Assembly (NCBI RefSeq): GCF_006345805.1
Contig: NW_021825194.1
Location: 347,525-411,524 of the forward strand
DNA length: 64,000 nucleotides
Origin: Octopus sinensis
Taxonomy: Eukaryota
Reading direction: 5' to 3'
Part shown: piece by piece, positions 11,591-25,339 of the stretch
Layout of the letters: every line of letters begins with the position of its first letter
Position numbering within the stretch: position 1 is the stretch's first letter
The notes under the pieces: model-generated
Databases searched by the model: none
Seen by the model: the letters and a program-made list of their open reading frames with translations, nothing else
What the model was told of the DNA's origin: nothing
Position numbers and translations under genes: made by a program

Positions 11591-11761
11591 CCTCAGACAG
11601 CATTCCTCTTTCTGTCTTCTTTGTTCCGGCGCCGATGGAGAAGCAGCACCTTTATGCGAGGGCCAACACAACTTTTACCCTCTATATTTGTTTAGACTCT
11701 CTCTTACTTCCTGTCTACCTGTCTCTTTCTCTCTCTCCCTCTCTCTCTCTCGCTCCCTCTC

Positions 11762-11815
<54 letters not shown>

Positions 11816-12085
11816 AGTCACTTATAGACGAAACTAACTACCATACAGAATGGACTATGGAACAACAAAAAACTTGTGTACACAAACAACTCAACTTGAA
11901 GATGTTGTATTCTACACAGTAACGACGTTAATAATGATATAAATAAAAGACTATCTCAAAACGCAATTAATATTGTTATCTCATTTATTCGGTGCATATT
12001 ATCGTTGCACATCATCATTATAACTGTTTATTAACATATATAATTCTATATGGTAGTTAGTTTCACTTGTACATTGCTACTTGAA

Positions 12086-12134
<49 letters not shown>

Positions 12135-12289
12135 CTTTATTCACCATAAGGTTGAGAAAAAGAAGGGACAAAACAAACATTGGGGTCAGGGTATCGAATG
12201 AGACGAAACATATGAATAAACAAACAATTAAAATATATACAATTAAATGAGAATGAGTGAATAACAAAAAAATGAAGCGGGGGACACGG

Positions 12290-12650
12290 TTGACCCCACA
12301 AACCACATACTCACACTGAAGACTTTGCTTTCTCCTTTTTTACATTCTCGATTAAACAGGTTCTTTCACTCGCAACATACTTGCTATAGACTTCCATCTT
12401 TTACGAAACACACTTTGCGACAGGCATTTCTTCTCCAGCCTTATTTTCCGTTTCATGTGGAAAATGAAAAAGCTGATTAGCTCGAGACTGGAGATAACAT
12501 GCCTGTTGCAATTCCTTTTACTCTCGTCTTCCATACTACTTCTTTCGCCATAGCAACTATCGAGAGAAAACAGGCTCGCTCCTCCCTATTCAGGGAGGTC
12601 GGCGAAACTATCTTAATTACAGATTCGCTCGACAGTTGTACTCTTCTTGA
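12290..12650 (-). mobile_element. L1/Tx1-like LINE ORF2 C-terminal remnant
   Basis: Frameshifted translation ...IVAMAKEVVWKTRVKG...LISFFIFHMKRKIRLEKKCLSQSVFRKRW, typical of Tx1-type ORF2 ends. Confidence 0.5.
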
Positions 12651-13085
12651 ATAGAGACAGACAGACAGACAGAAAAAAAGAAAAGAAAACAATAAGAAGC
12701 AAACAAGCCATGAGCTATATACTATTTATTCAACCAGTGTTAACACTAATTGATCTGGGTAATTACTCAAGTGTTTCAAAGATTAAAAGATAGTAGAGAC
12801 AAAGAACAACTGAAAGAGAGAAAGAAAAAGCAGCTAACTTAATAGTTTCAAAAACTGAACAGAGATACCGAGGCTGAAATATCCATCGGTACTGCTTTAG
12901 TCTCGCGTTTAAATTATCTAGTCAAGTATGTATAAGATACGCTTCATAATTTAAACACAAATTGTATGGTTTGCATATGATTTGGTGTTTTTTTTTTTTT
13001 CACTTTTTCACTTTCTATTCTTAATTTTTGTCTTTCCCTCTCCCCTCCTCTTTATTTTTTCTCTCTCTTTCTCTTTCTCTCTTCG

Positions 13086-13150
<65 letters not shown>

Positions 13151-13927
13151 TCCCTGTCTTTATTTTGCATATTCTTTTTTTAGCCGCCAGAGATATTTTG
13201 GTTGCAATCGAATCAGGATACAATTCAGATCATATTTTCTATCCAAATCTCACACCATTCTCTTTGTCTACCATCGTCTCACTTTATTTCCATATTTCCT
13301 TTCTTTATTTCTTATTCCTCTTCTTCCCCGTTCAGCCATTATAAATGTCCCCAGTATTTTCGTAGGAATCAATACATCTCGAGTCTGGGTCCTTGTTCTC
13401 TATTTCCTTCTCTTTCACCATGTCAGTTTCCGAATGTTAAGTACTCTTCCTCCATAGATCCAAAGCCACAAAGATCAAACCGTCCTGTTTACGTCCATCC
13501 ATATCTTACGTTAACCTGGATATTTATGCCAACTTAAGAATTTATATTTGAAACTTTTAATCCTTTCTTGATATATCAGTCGGTTTCTGAATTCTAAAGC
13601 TCCAGCTCCACTTGCATCTATTCCATTTCATGTTGGAGGTGAACGCATATACGCGTCTGTGTAACCAAATTCAGAAATCGATAAAATGTTAGGTAGATAC
13701 GCATGTAAAGTTTCCCTTTTGTTGATTTAAACTTTAACAATAAAGGACAGAGTCTCCGACACGTATGAGTTTTGGCATTGTTTTACGGAATTTTATTCAT
13801 GATAAACTTCTTAAATAAACTTTAAAATAGATTGGACTTTAATTTATTTTCTAGTAGAAAGTGGCAATGCAGCATTCAAAAAAATTACACGTCCTCCCTT
13901 GTAATCATTATTCTATGCTTCCATCAA

Positions 13928-14400
13928 GGCGGCGAGTTGGCAGAAACGTTAGCACGCCGGGCGAAATGCTTTGTGGTATTGTTTGTCCTCTCTGTGTTTA
14001 GCCCCTTGTGGGTAGTAAAGAAATAGGTATTTCGTCTGCCGCTACGTTCTGAGTTCAAATTCTGCCGAGGTCGACTTTGCCTTTCATCCTTTCGGGGTCA
14101 ATAAATTAAGTACCAGTTATGCACTGGGTCGATATAATCGACTTAATCCGTTTGTCTGTCCTTGTTTGTCTCCTCTGTGTTTAGCCCCTTGTGGGTAGTA
14201 AAGAAATAGAAATAGGTATTTCATCTGCCGTTACGTTCTGAGTTCAAATTCCCCCGAGGTCGACTTTGCCTTTCATCCTTTCGGGGTCAATAAATTAAGT
14301 ACCAGTTACGCACTGGGATCGATGTAATCGACTTAATCCGTTTGTCTGTCCTTGTTTATCCCCTCTGTGTTTAGCTCCTTGTGGGTAGTAAAGAAATAGG
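13928..14400 (+). mobile_element. tRNA-derived SINE family B with tandemly duplicated body
   Basis: Head ggcggcgagttggcagaaacgttagcacgccgggcg; B box gagttcaaatt repeated at ~14052 and ~14240; tail ccccttgtgggtagtaaagaaata three times. Confidence 0.9.
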
Positions 14401-15324
14401 TATATATCTGTCTTTACGTTTCCGATCTAATCGACTGCCCCAAAATTTCTATGCTTTCCGTCATCACCACCTTACATTCTATGAAGCTGTATGCTACATT
14501 TCTTTGGACATTACGTGTTTCAAGGTTCGCATTTTGGAAACACTCTCCGGACAGTGGCTTAGAATAAAAAGATAACTAACCAATTGATTTGCAAATTACA
14601 CTTGTTCTCTCCTTGCCCTCTTTTTTTTCATCTCTTTTCTTTTTCTTATTCTTTTTTGTGAAACTCAACCATTGTAGATTCATGCTGAGTTACAAAAAGG
14701 AGCCCCTAATGAATTTTATTTCTATTACATGTGGTATTAGCATGTTGTGTTTCAGCTTTGTGTTTCAGTTTGAACCTGGTTTTTGAGGCTGAGTATTTTG
14801 GCGCTGAGGTAAAATATGTCAGAAAAATGTCCACGGCAATTACTTTGTCTCCTACCAAAGATCAGATTTTAATTGTCTTCTTGAAATTATTTCTAATTTT
14901 CTTTAAGAATCGCAAACAACCGCTGCAAGCTGCTCTTCTTCTTCTTCTTCTTCTTCTTCTTCTTCTTCTTCTTCTTTATCTCCCCTCCCCGCCTCTCTCT
15001 CTCTCTCAAAGAAGAAGAAGAAGAAGAAAATCTCTATGTACTTCATTCGATACATCTATAAGAATTATTTTAGCTATGTTTATATCATAATGCTGTATTT
15101 TGAGATATGATTTTTGGAGACGTCGAAATAATGTATCGCATTTATGTGTTTATAATAAAGTTCCAAATATTAACATTTAATCAACTTAAAAGAGACTTAT
15201 AACTTCGGCTTTCTCAGCTTGCATAGTAAAGGAAGAAAATGTAAGGGACATGATTACTAGTTACTGTTGGGCAGTGCAAATTACATTCCCTGCCTCCTAT
15301 TTAATGGATTACTATTACCTGCGT

Positions 15325-15455
15325 ATTTTAAATTCTGCCGAAGTCAACTTTACCTTTCATCGTTTCAGCGTCGATAAAATTAATTCAAGCTGAGCACTGT
15401 GGGTCGATGTGATCGATTTACCCCCTCTTGTTGGCCTTGTGCTAAACTTTGAAAC
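15325..15455 (+). mobile_element. Degenerate SINE family B fragment
   Basis: aaattctgccgaagtcaactttacctttcatc...gtcgataaattaa. Confidence 0.6.
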
Positions 15456-15562
15456 CATTATTATCTGCGTATGCCTATTAATAGACATAGACATTCTTAT
15501 GGAGTACATTAAATAACATTATTTACATTCGACGGATATTTGTTCTTATCTTGTTTGTTGTT

Positions 15563-15608
15563 AACACAACGTTTCGGCTGATATACCCTCCAGCCTTCTT
15601 CAGGTGTC
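15563..15608 (-). ncRNA. Minimal type I hammerhead ribozyme motif
   Basis: GACAC-CTGAAGA-A-GGCTG-(10 nt)-CAGCC-GAAAC-GTT-GTGTT; helices I and II fully paired. Confidence 0.75.
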
Positions 15609-15705
15609 TTGGGGAAATTTCCAACCTGGGTTCTCATTCCTAAGGTATTTTTCGATGTTATTATTATTATTATTATTGTTGTTGTTGTTGTTGCTGATGT
15701 TGTTG

Positions 15706-15778
15706 AGGTCACTGCTTGGAATCGAACTCAGAATCTTGGGATTAGTAGCCCGCGCTCTTAACCACTCCGCCATATGCC
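15706..15778 (-). promoter_or_regulatory. tRNA-Ser-like Pol III head (A box TGGCGGAGTGG, B box GAGTTCGATTCC); not a functional tRNA
   Basis: Minus strand GGCATATGGCGGAGTGGTTAAGAGCGCGGGCTACTAATCCCAAGATTCTGAGTTCGATTCC; no proper acceptor stem. Confidence 0.7.
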
Positions 15779-15827
15779 TGTGGGCATATGTTCGATTCCA
15801 AGCAGTGACCTGAACAACAACAACAAC

Positions 15828-15885
<58 letters not shown>

Positions 15886-15932
15886 TCGAAAAATACCTTA
15901 AGAATGAGAACCCAGGTTTGAAATTTCTCCAA

Positions 15933-15978
15933 GATACCTGAAGAAGGCAGGAGGGTATATCAGCCGAAACGTTGTGTT
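15933..15978 (+). ncRNA. Minimal hammerhead motif (inverted arm copy)
   Basis: GATAC-CTGAAGA-A-GGCAG-(10 nt)-CAGCC-GAAAC-GTT-GTGTT; one helix II mismatch. Confidence 0.65.
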
Positions 15979-16518
15979 AACAACAAACAAGATGAGGACA
16001 AATATCCGTCGAATGTAAATAATGTAAATAATGTACATAATTCCCCATGTCTTAAATATAGAACTATATTAAATAAGTTCGTGTCGATCATTAATTTTAA
16101 AAGTGAAATTATGCAACCAATAAAATGATCGCAATTTTTTTAAAAGTTAGTCTACGAAATGGCACATATTCGAAGTTTCTCTGAAGGTTTCGGACAGTCA
16201 GAGGGAGAATAAGTGTATTAACAGGAATAAATTGGTTTTGGTCAGATTCGCGATTTTCTATATTCACATTTGGCCTCCTTACTACTTCAGTTTGGAGTGG
16301 TCGTAATTCGTGTTTAATCATGTTCATCGTATCCGCAAAAATCTAATCTTCCCGGCTATTTACAAACTTGAGTTGCACACGGTTGGAATTAATCTCCAAA
16401 AGTTCTACGGGTTTCACTTTTACCGAACCGCAAAGTTACGGGAACGTAATCAAGCTATCACTGATTGTCAACCAATGTAGGCGGACAAACACTAATACAA
16501 AAACTCACACACACACAC

Positions 16519-16572
<54 letters not shown>

Positions 16573-16610
16573 AACATACATACATACGTGTGTGTGTGTA
16601 TGTGTGTGTG

Positions 16611-16775
16611 TACGACGGACTCTTTTCCATTTCTGTCTACCAAATCCATTCACGAGGCTTTGGTTGACCTGTGGCTATAGGAGAAGGCAGATGTCCAAAG
16701 TGCCGAGCCGTAAGACTGAACCCAGAACCATGTCGTTGGAAAGCAAACTTCTTACCACACAGCCACACCTGCGCC
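16611..16775 (-). mobile_element. SINE family A, 5' half
   Basis: Reverse complement of ggcgcagg.gtggctgtgtggtaag...atttggtagac. Confidence 0.8.
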
Positions 16776-17503
16776 TAAAAGTAATTGGCAGCGGTAGGAT
16801 CCGAGCCCGTGCGTCTGAATAGATTGGTGCCTTAAAGCAATACTCATACGCACGTATGTACGCACAAAATCATTCTTACATATAAATATTTGTGTGTACA
16901 CAAACGCACACATATATTATGCATATACTCACTCATACACTTATACACACACACACATTCACTATATGTAAACAGAAATGCATTCACTCACAACAATACG
17001 TATGTCTGCACAGTTTGTATAGTTTGTAAGCGTGTAGGTAGTATTAGAGTGTGAGCATGTTTATTTCTGTGCATGTATATGTACTTGTGTGTGTCTGCGC
17101 GCGCGTGTGCTGCTTTACGAAAAGGAAAAAATACAGTTGAATTGGAAAAGTAAGCCAGAAAGGAAGAGAAGGGAAGGAGAGAAACCTGAGATGAATTCGG
17201 CAAGTTAAATAAAGTTGTCATATTGACAGCTTTGGAAAAAAAGGAAGGCTGGTCGACCGTTTTTGCAGAGTGCCTAGCTTGAGTCAATGGTAAAACCATC
17301 GAAGTTGCTGTGTCAATTCACAGGGAAGGGAAGAAAGCAAGAAGGACAGAAAACAAAATAAAGAGCGTTAAAACAAACAAATTAGTTACCGACATATTTG
17401 TTATATCATTTGTGTGTGCGTGTGAGGAGGAGTTGGGTGTGGAGGGTTGTGTGTGTGTGTGTGGGGGGGGTGCATAAGCATACATAGATATGCACACACA
17501 CAG

Positions 17504-17566
<63 letters not shown>

Positions 17567-18004
17567 GAAAGAGAGATAGATACACAGATAGGTAAATAGA
17601 TACATATGTGTGTGAGACTATGTATGAGTGAGTGTGCTTTTATATATAATGTGACTGTAAAAATGTAGCGTAAAAGTAATATATGTATGTGTGTGTGTGT
17701 GTTTGTGAGCGCGCGTGGGTACTTGCAATAAATAGGATTCGGAATCTGTAGTGGAGAAACAAGATCAGGGTTGAAACAAAAGAGCGGCAGTTGTAGATGA
17801 AGTAAATGATAGATCATTAGAAAAGATGATAGGAGTGGGGAGTGCAGTGAAAGGAACAAGGAATAAGTAGAGGCTTCACTCCTAGCGGGTGGCAACGAAG
17901 ATAAGTCATATCACAGTAAGGAGAGTTGGCTGTATGGTAAGTACATCAGAGCACTAGGTGGTTAGGTTGGTAATTATAATACTGAGTGCTAGCAGACGTG
18001 AAGT

Positions 18005-18087
<83 letters not shown>

Positions 18088-18180
18088 TGGTAAACACTAT
18101 TGTCATACTACACTTTCCAGCTTTAAAGTAATAAATGTGTTTTTTAAACATCAGTTGAAAGGATAAAACTCAGATATCTA

Positions 18181-18515
18181 CGTGGCTGTGTGGTAAGTAG
18201 CTTGTTTACCAACCACATGATTCCGGGTTCAGTCCTACTGCGTGGCACCTTGGGTAAGTGTCTTCTACTATAGCCTCGGGCCGACCAAAGCCTTGTGAGT
18301 GGATTTGGTAGACCGAAACTGAAAGAAGCCCGTTGTATATATATATGCGTGTGTGTGTGTTTGTGTGTCTGTGTTTGTCCCCTAGCATTGCTTGACAACC
18401 GATGCTGGTGTGTTTATGTCCCCGTTACTTAGCGGTTCGGCAATAGAGACCGATAGAATAAGTACTGGGCTTACAAAAGAATAAGTCCGGGGTCGAAGTA
18501 AAAGAGAAAAGAGAA
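18181..18515 (+). mobile_element. SINE family A, near full length
   Basis: gtggctgtgtggtaagtagcttg...gggttcagtcc (B box)...gaccgatagaataagtact. Confidence 0.9.
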
Positions 18516-18576
18516 TACAAGTACTAATGCAGACACGAACACATGCACACACCAAAGACATCACAGACGAAAGTCT

Positions 18577-18821
18577 AATGTATGTATGTGTGTATGTATG
18601 TATGTATGTATGTATGTATGTATGTATGTATGTATGTATGTATGTATGTATGTATGTATGTGTGTGTGCATGCATGCATGTATGCATACATGCATGTATG
18701 TATGTATGTATGTGTGTGTGTATGTATGTGTGTATGTGTGTGTATGTATGTGTGTATGTATGTATGCATGCATGCATGTATGTATGTATGCATGCATGTA
18801 TGTATGTGTGTATGTGTGTGA

Positions 18822-18852
<31 letters not shown>

Positions 18853-18925
18853 CATGTATGTATGTATGTATGTATGTATGTATGTATGTATGTATGTATG
18901 TATGTATGTTGTATGTATGTATGTA
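18577..18925. repeat. Long compound (TATG)n/(TG)n/(TGCA)n microsatellite
   Basis: Direct reading; source of several spurious ORFs. Confidence 0.95.
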
Positions 18926-20942
18926 TAAGCTTCATTTATTAGCACAACTGCATTGAAACAATTTCATGTCAAAAGTAAAAAATCTGAAAGCATTCCAGCC
19001 TCATTGTTTTGAAGGTATGATGTTGAGGAGAAAAAATCGGGGAAAAAGTTACAGAGGTTTAAAAATCGAAAAAACTGGATATATTTGGCCAATAGCGAGA
19101 CAGAAAATTTCTGCGTTTAGCGGAGCAGTGTCAATTTTAAGGTTGTACTCTATGAAATGTAGCGTCTGACCTGTTCATTGTAGGTTTGTAAATAAACAGA
19201 AATACTTAGTTTCAATGTAGGTTTGTAAATAAATAGAAATACCTAATAAAATCAACATGTATCATCTGGATCTAGTCTTTCTCATTCATTGATTGTATTT
19301 TTTATTTTTTTAAATTTGTAATATTAATATATTTGCCTGCATGTGTTTACTTTATGCGTATTTCAGTATTATGTATACCTGCCACGTATTTATGTACATC
19401 TCTATATATAAAACTGAAATGCGTTTTTACCGCTTGGATCGCTTTCAAGGCCACTACATCCCGTCCGATTGACTCCAAAATTTACAGGGACATCATATCT
19501 TAAAAGGTGTCGTTGCTAGGGTCAAAAACCCACTTTGACAAGTCCACTCCGGTTCTTTAATGTATCTGTCTTCCTCAACTCACTCTCGCTATTTCCTCTC
19601 TTCCCAGCACTTTTTCACTCACTCTATTTCATACATTCCCATTACTTTCACTTCCTCAAACGGCCTTCTTTTATGTATCTGTCTGCATTCATAGAGAGAA
19701 TTATCATCGCCACCGCCATCGCGTTCTATTGTCCGCCTGTCAACGCGCCGACGGAGCAAATACAAACAGAACACACCAACCAGCGTTCGTGTTCTGGTGA
19801 TAACGTAGGTTTTTCGTATCTATTACATTTTAACATTTATTTAGAACCCTGCAAATTTTTCGTGCTAAATTTTCATTTTTTACTACTTTATTATTTTTTC
19901 TTAAATTGATGCTTTTATTAAAATTAATTCTAATTGTCTGGGTCAACAGTTAATTTCCTCGGAGGATATGGAAATTCCTATTACCCGTCAGAGAAATAAC
20001 TCCAGCAGCTCACAGCTATTTCATCAAAGACAAGGTTACCTGCTTACCCGTCGAATTCAGCGTCAACGCTCACGTATGAGAGACTCCAACACACACACAC
20101 ACACACACATATATATACATATATATATATATAATGTGTGCATTATGTGGTCGGTTGAGCTGAAAATATGCAGACCTATATTAAAAGTGCTCGCAAATTT
20201 GCATGACAACTATTTTTTCCCTCAAATGAAAGGCGTGACCTCTAGGACAAAATTCCTCATCTTATAAAATGTGGCCCCAATAGACCCAAATGAAATCGGG
20301 TTATATTAACCAAAATGTGAAAAGGGTCTAAATGGGGCTGGAAGGGGATTAAAATTTAAAGGAGCGGGTCTTTAGCAATTCTCTGTTACATCAAGCTAAA
20401 AAATTTGCGCCAGCCTTTTAATCGTCAATGTGTTGCCGTCCATGATGAAGAAGTTTTGAATGCTTGCCATCGTGAGTCTACTGTCGTGAGAAAGAATCAC
20501 TTCAAAACTTGGTGTTTAGGGATTTTCTTTTACATCAAGTTCAAAATTTTACGCCAGCCGTTAAACTGTCAAAACGTTGCTGTCCGTCGTTAAGAAATGC
20601 CAGCCATGGTGACTCTACTATCCTCAGATTCTATCCCTTCAAACTTTGGTTTCCAATATTTTATTATTTTTATTCAGCTCGCAAGTTCGTCTGTCCCTTT
20701 TAAATGTTAGTGTTTTGCTGTCTGCCTTGAAGCACACCTTTCCGTTGTTACTGCCTGATATTTATGATTGATCTTTCTAAATATTTTATTTCTCAACTTA
20801 CTCAAGATCTTTTGTTGTTTATAAATGGGAGAGAGATAGATAAAGATAGAGAGTACGAGAAAGCGAGGGAGAGTCCGAGAGAAAGGAAGAGTAAGAGAGT
20901 GGGGAAAGTGAGAGAGAAAGGACACAGAAACAAAGAGGGAGA

Positions 20943-21245
20943 ATCATCATCATCGTTTAACGTCCGTTTTCCGTGCTAGCACGGGTTGGACAGTTTGACC
21001 GCGGTCTGGGAAGCCAGGAGGCTGCACCAGGCTCCAGTCTGATCTGGCAGTGTTTCTACAGGTGAATGCCCTTCCCAACGCCAACCACTCTGTGAGCGTA
21101 GTGGGTGCTTTTTTCATGCCGCCGGCACAGGTGCCGGGGGGGCTGGCAGCGGCCACGATCAGTTGGTGCTTTTTACGTGCCACCGGCACAGAAGCCAGTC
21201 AAAGTGACGCTGCAATCGGCCACGTTTGGATGGTGCTTTTTACGT
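20943..21245 (-). mobile_element. SINE/RTE-tail-type repeat 3' part ending in (GAT)n
   Basis: Minus strand ggttggcgttgggaagggcattc...gtccaacccgtgctagcacggaaaacggacgttaaacgatgatgatgat. Confidence 0.6.
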
Positions 21246-21808
21246 GCTGAAAGGAAGCAACAGAAAGTAACAACCACACTCTGACCCGCGCATAGAGCGG
21301 GTCACCTTCAGCTAGTCATTAATATATAAGTGTGTGTGTGTGTGTGTGTGCGTGTGTGTGTGCGCGCGTGTGTGTGTGCGCGCGTGTGTGTGTGTCTGTC
21401 TCCAAAACTCCAGAGTTGAGTAACGTTTGGATTTATAAACTACGATAAGAATAAATACACAGAGAAGCACAGAAAAATATGCAACATACTAACACAGAAA
21501 AATTAAAACAAAACACACGGGTGAAAAGAATCTCGTGGTGTGAAGAATCAATTGTAAAAAATCAACATCAAACAACGTGCGTCACTGACAACAGTAAGAC
21601 AACAGTGAAGTGAACCACAACACAGTGTCCTATTGTCATGGTAATACCACGCTGTCTGCTGATTGGCTAAAATTACCCAAATTTCCCTGCTTTAATTCCA
21701 AATAACATCAGATTCTTTAACTTACGAGATAAAGTAATTCTTTGATCGTAATCAAAATTCAGAGTTGTATCGATACACCAAAAATGAAAGCAATCTGAGC
21801 AAAATTAA

Positions 21809-22330
21809 GTGGGACTGATTTTGCGAATGAGAAAGACTAGATCCAAATTAAGTTTTTATATGTGCCTTGGGAAGGAATTTTTTCAGCGCTTCTTTACACA
21901 TGATTTCTTCCGTAACCTGAAGCTTCTAGAGGCACTAGACCCAGTTAGTATTCGTGATTGCAATGGTCCAAGTTCAATTGTTCTCCTGAAATGCAAATTT
22001 CCAAATATTGTTAAGGAGAGTCAGATTGAAGCTCTTAATAAAGAATGGAGAGAACTTAAACTTCAAGATAACAATGACATAACCGAAGCTACCAAACCAG
22101 ATTATTGGTATAAAATTTCTAAGGAAAAATATGGAGATGAAGCTCGTTATCTGGTCCTATCATGTCTTATGTTTCAACTCCTATCATTACCACATTCTTC
22201 AGCTGCAACCGAGAGTCAGTCCTAAATAACATTAATGTCAAGAATAGGTCTAAACTGCATACTCAAACAATCAATGCACTGCTACATTCAAAAGTCTTCT
22301 TCATGATGTAAACTGCACAACTTATACACC
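21809..22330 (+). pseudogene. hAT transposase C-terminal (dimerization domain) remnant
   Basis: ORF 21809-22225 ...QIEALNKEWREL...YWYKI...LLSLPHSSAATE, continuing after a frameshift as NNINVKNRSKLHTQTINALLHSK. Confidence 0.75.
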
Positions 22331-22749
22331 TAATGCAGAGCTTTGTGCTAAATTAAAAGAAGGATAAGGATATTGGTACAAAGAGGAACCTCACCCTGTT
22401 GTCAAGGCAATCTTCTAATTATAAAGTAAGTACATTAAATATGTGTAGGTCACTTTAAAATAATGTCCTGTATATTATAAATAATATATATTATGCATTT
22501 CAGTTGATTTTTAGGCAAAATATTACAAATTAAAATTTTGGTACTTTTGAGGGAAAATTGGTATTTTTATTTTGCTAAATCTGGTACTTTCATCAAAATA
22601 CGTTTGGCAAGCCTGATTACAACTACATACTTAATCCTGGACAAGAGACGGGCAATCTATCGCAGATCACGGCACAATCGAAAGAAATTCGAGCGACCCT
22701 TTGAATTGAACGGAGATATATAACAGTTTTATGACAAGGCGAGGGATAA

Positions 22750-24760
22750 GTTGCATGAAAAGGATAAAGAAGAATAAATGGGATCTAAAAGACTCCAACT
22801 ACTCGAACTTCTGCCAAATAACTGCGACAACAGACAACTTTCGCTGAGAAAAAATTTACTGCTCTCCCTACAGGCCATCAGAATCATACACCAAATATGT
22901 GGACCGGATCGGTGAATTCTTTTGAGATCATAAACAACTCGGACCACAATCATTGCGATAAACGGAAAACTGAGACAAATGTACTGCCATTACGCGCGGA
23001 TGCAGGTTTTATAATAATGAGTGAAAAATACAAACTGAATGCACACTTAACAACCAAACGTCATCATCTACATTAACAAACGAATCGACCTGATGTTATC
23101 TGTGGTGACTAAGTAGCTAAAAACAGAGTTAACAAAGATTAGAAATCTAAACTATTCATTAATAAGATAGGAGTAACAGAGATCAATTGCAACGAGAAGA
23201 AACAACCAAAATGGATTATCTCTCTCCGGACATATATCGACAGACTCAGGAAAAATACGGGACACCTAAGCACATTCTTTAAATGCAAAGAGAATAATAA
23301 ACTCGCGTACCATCAGCAGCAAATTTATGAATGGATTATGTAAAGTCTATTGGAACTGTCGAAAAGAGTCGTTAACAAGCATTAATTGTCCTTAAACACA
23401 AATTGCGAGCGGTAATTGAACAATTTTATTATAAAAAAACACCTACTAGAACGAAAATCCACCAGTTGAAAGTTTGCAATAAACCCACAAGCAGTGTATT
23501 GAAGTATGAAAGGCCATATCATTAAATTTGTGAAAGCCTCTCCGCTGGATGATCTAGAGTTACTTTGGGGAGGGATCTGGAATGTAAATGAACTGCAGAA
23601 CCGAGATGCAGAACTGTTAAGGTACAGAATGAGTATTGTCCAAACACCCGCAAAACTTATAACAACAGTGAATCTTTCCTAACGGTGATTGCAAAATTGT
23701 CGAACGAGCAAGCAAATGAGAGCAGCCTGATGGTCGGGTATTGATACAGAAAATTCACATTCTACCGGTCAGGTTTCGTTAATCTGTTCAAAACTGTAAT
23801 GAGTTCTGAATTGACGTGACGGACTTTACAATTATATCGTACTCTGCTTTCACAGTGTCAGTGCTAGTACCAGCATTTAGAATATTTGACAAGACATCCT
23901 CAATTGGTTACATTCACATCTACAGGAATACTGTACTTTCACATCTATAGGATCTTTGTTTAAATGAAGGGGTGGAGGTAGAGGAATAAGATCAGAGGGA
24001 TTTGGGGTGTTGCACTGTGTCACTTAGACAACACCTACTGAAGAATATAGAATGAAATGAATACAACACATGTATATTCAACAAGGAAGGTAATAGCACC
24101 ACAAGATTTGGCAAAGAACCTGAACGAGTTCTCTAATGGTAGAGCTTTTGCATGTAAACAAAGTGTGACTGGACTGACCTATTTAAATTGGGAAATGGAA
24201 AATAAATATTCATCATACTAGCAGAAAGTTATGCACGGATATATGTATCGTAGGCTGGAGACTTTCAGTAACTTTGTCAGGAATAGTAGCCTCTACTGGA
24301 CCGACGATAAACACATCGCACCTCATCTAGAAGGCTCTGGCTTTGCTATCAAAGAACAGGAGATAGGTACTAAATACCTGATCAGCAAAAGAGAAACGAA
24401 TACCTCTCTACCTCCACGATATGACAGAAAGTGTTGATTATGCCTTAACAGTGTGGAGGATATCACTCATAACAACTGCCCCAAATAATAGCTGCCCCAA
24501 AGCGTCTCCTCATGAGACATAATATTGTCACCAAGAATATTTACAGTGTTATGCACAAGAATATTTGCTCTGGTGACCATAAAACACTCTAAAACCATAG
24601 AGCATCTATACCTTTAAAAATAAAATAGAAAATATTGGAATCGTTGTAGAGATCAGCTGTTCAGTGTATGCGGATGTCTCTTCAAAGATTCAGAAAAAGG
24701 AAAACACCTCTGGAGAACTGGTGAGAACCATACATTTCTTACATCCTACATTTTTTCCAT
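22750..24760 (+). mobile_element. R4/Dong-like (RLE) non-LTR retrotransposon remnant
   Basis: Fragmentary motifs GGRGIRS (~23980), MHG...LEGSGFAIKEQEIGTKYL (24231-24437), C-x-LC...EDITH..CP, RHNIVTKNIY, VVEISC...K(E)N (RLE nuclease). Confidence 0.7.
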
Positions 24761-24820
24761 TCGTGCACTGTATTACATAAATAATTTGCATAGAAACCTA
24801 GAAATGCTTGCACACTACAC

Positions 24821-24879
<59 letters not shown>

Positions 24880-25339
24880 ATATATATACGCATACATCAA
24901 CCAATACTGGTAACAAATCCCGGGAATTGTTTCGATTTAAAGAAAAAGACCTCGCCACTTTGCTTGTAAAAAATATGAATATTACGAAGGAAAAAAAACT
25001 TAAAATAAATCCCGAAGAAACATACATACATACATACATACATACATACATACATACATACATACATACATACATACATACATCATGGTGCCTGTGACTA
25101 TGTTCCGTAATTTAATGGGGTGTCCGCTTCAGGACATGAGATTGTTTTTTAGTGGTTCACAAAAAGGATGTTGGTAGGTATCGGAAGTCTTTTTGGTTTT
25201 ATTGGATTTAATCCTTCGCTTTGACGATGTAAAGAACAAAGTTCGAAGTTTAGCGTAGCATTTAAAAATTGTGTGTGTGAACTTTTTTGAAATAGAAATT
25301 TTTAAGGGTTCACAAAAGAATGCAAGCCTGGATAGCAGA

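Larger units (their letters stand above)
15501..16065. mobile_element. Palindromic element: tRNA-like head plus microsatellite plus PLE-type hammerhead tail, with an inverted 5'-truncated copy
   Basis: Arms ~15516-15727 and ~15790-16025 are reverse-complementary, with a central hairpin gcatatgcctgtgggcatatg. Confidence 0.85.

Noticed and set aside
15706-15778. Genuine tRNA-Ser gene
   Set aside because: No acceptor stem or long variable arm; it runs directly into a repeat body, so it is treated as a SINE-like head
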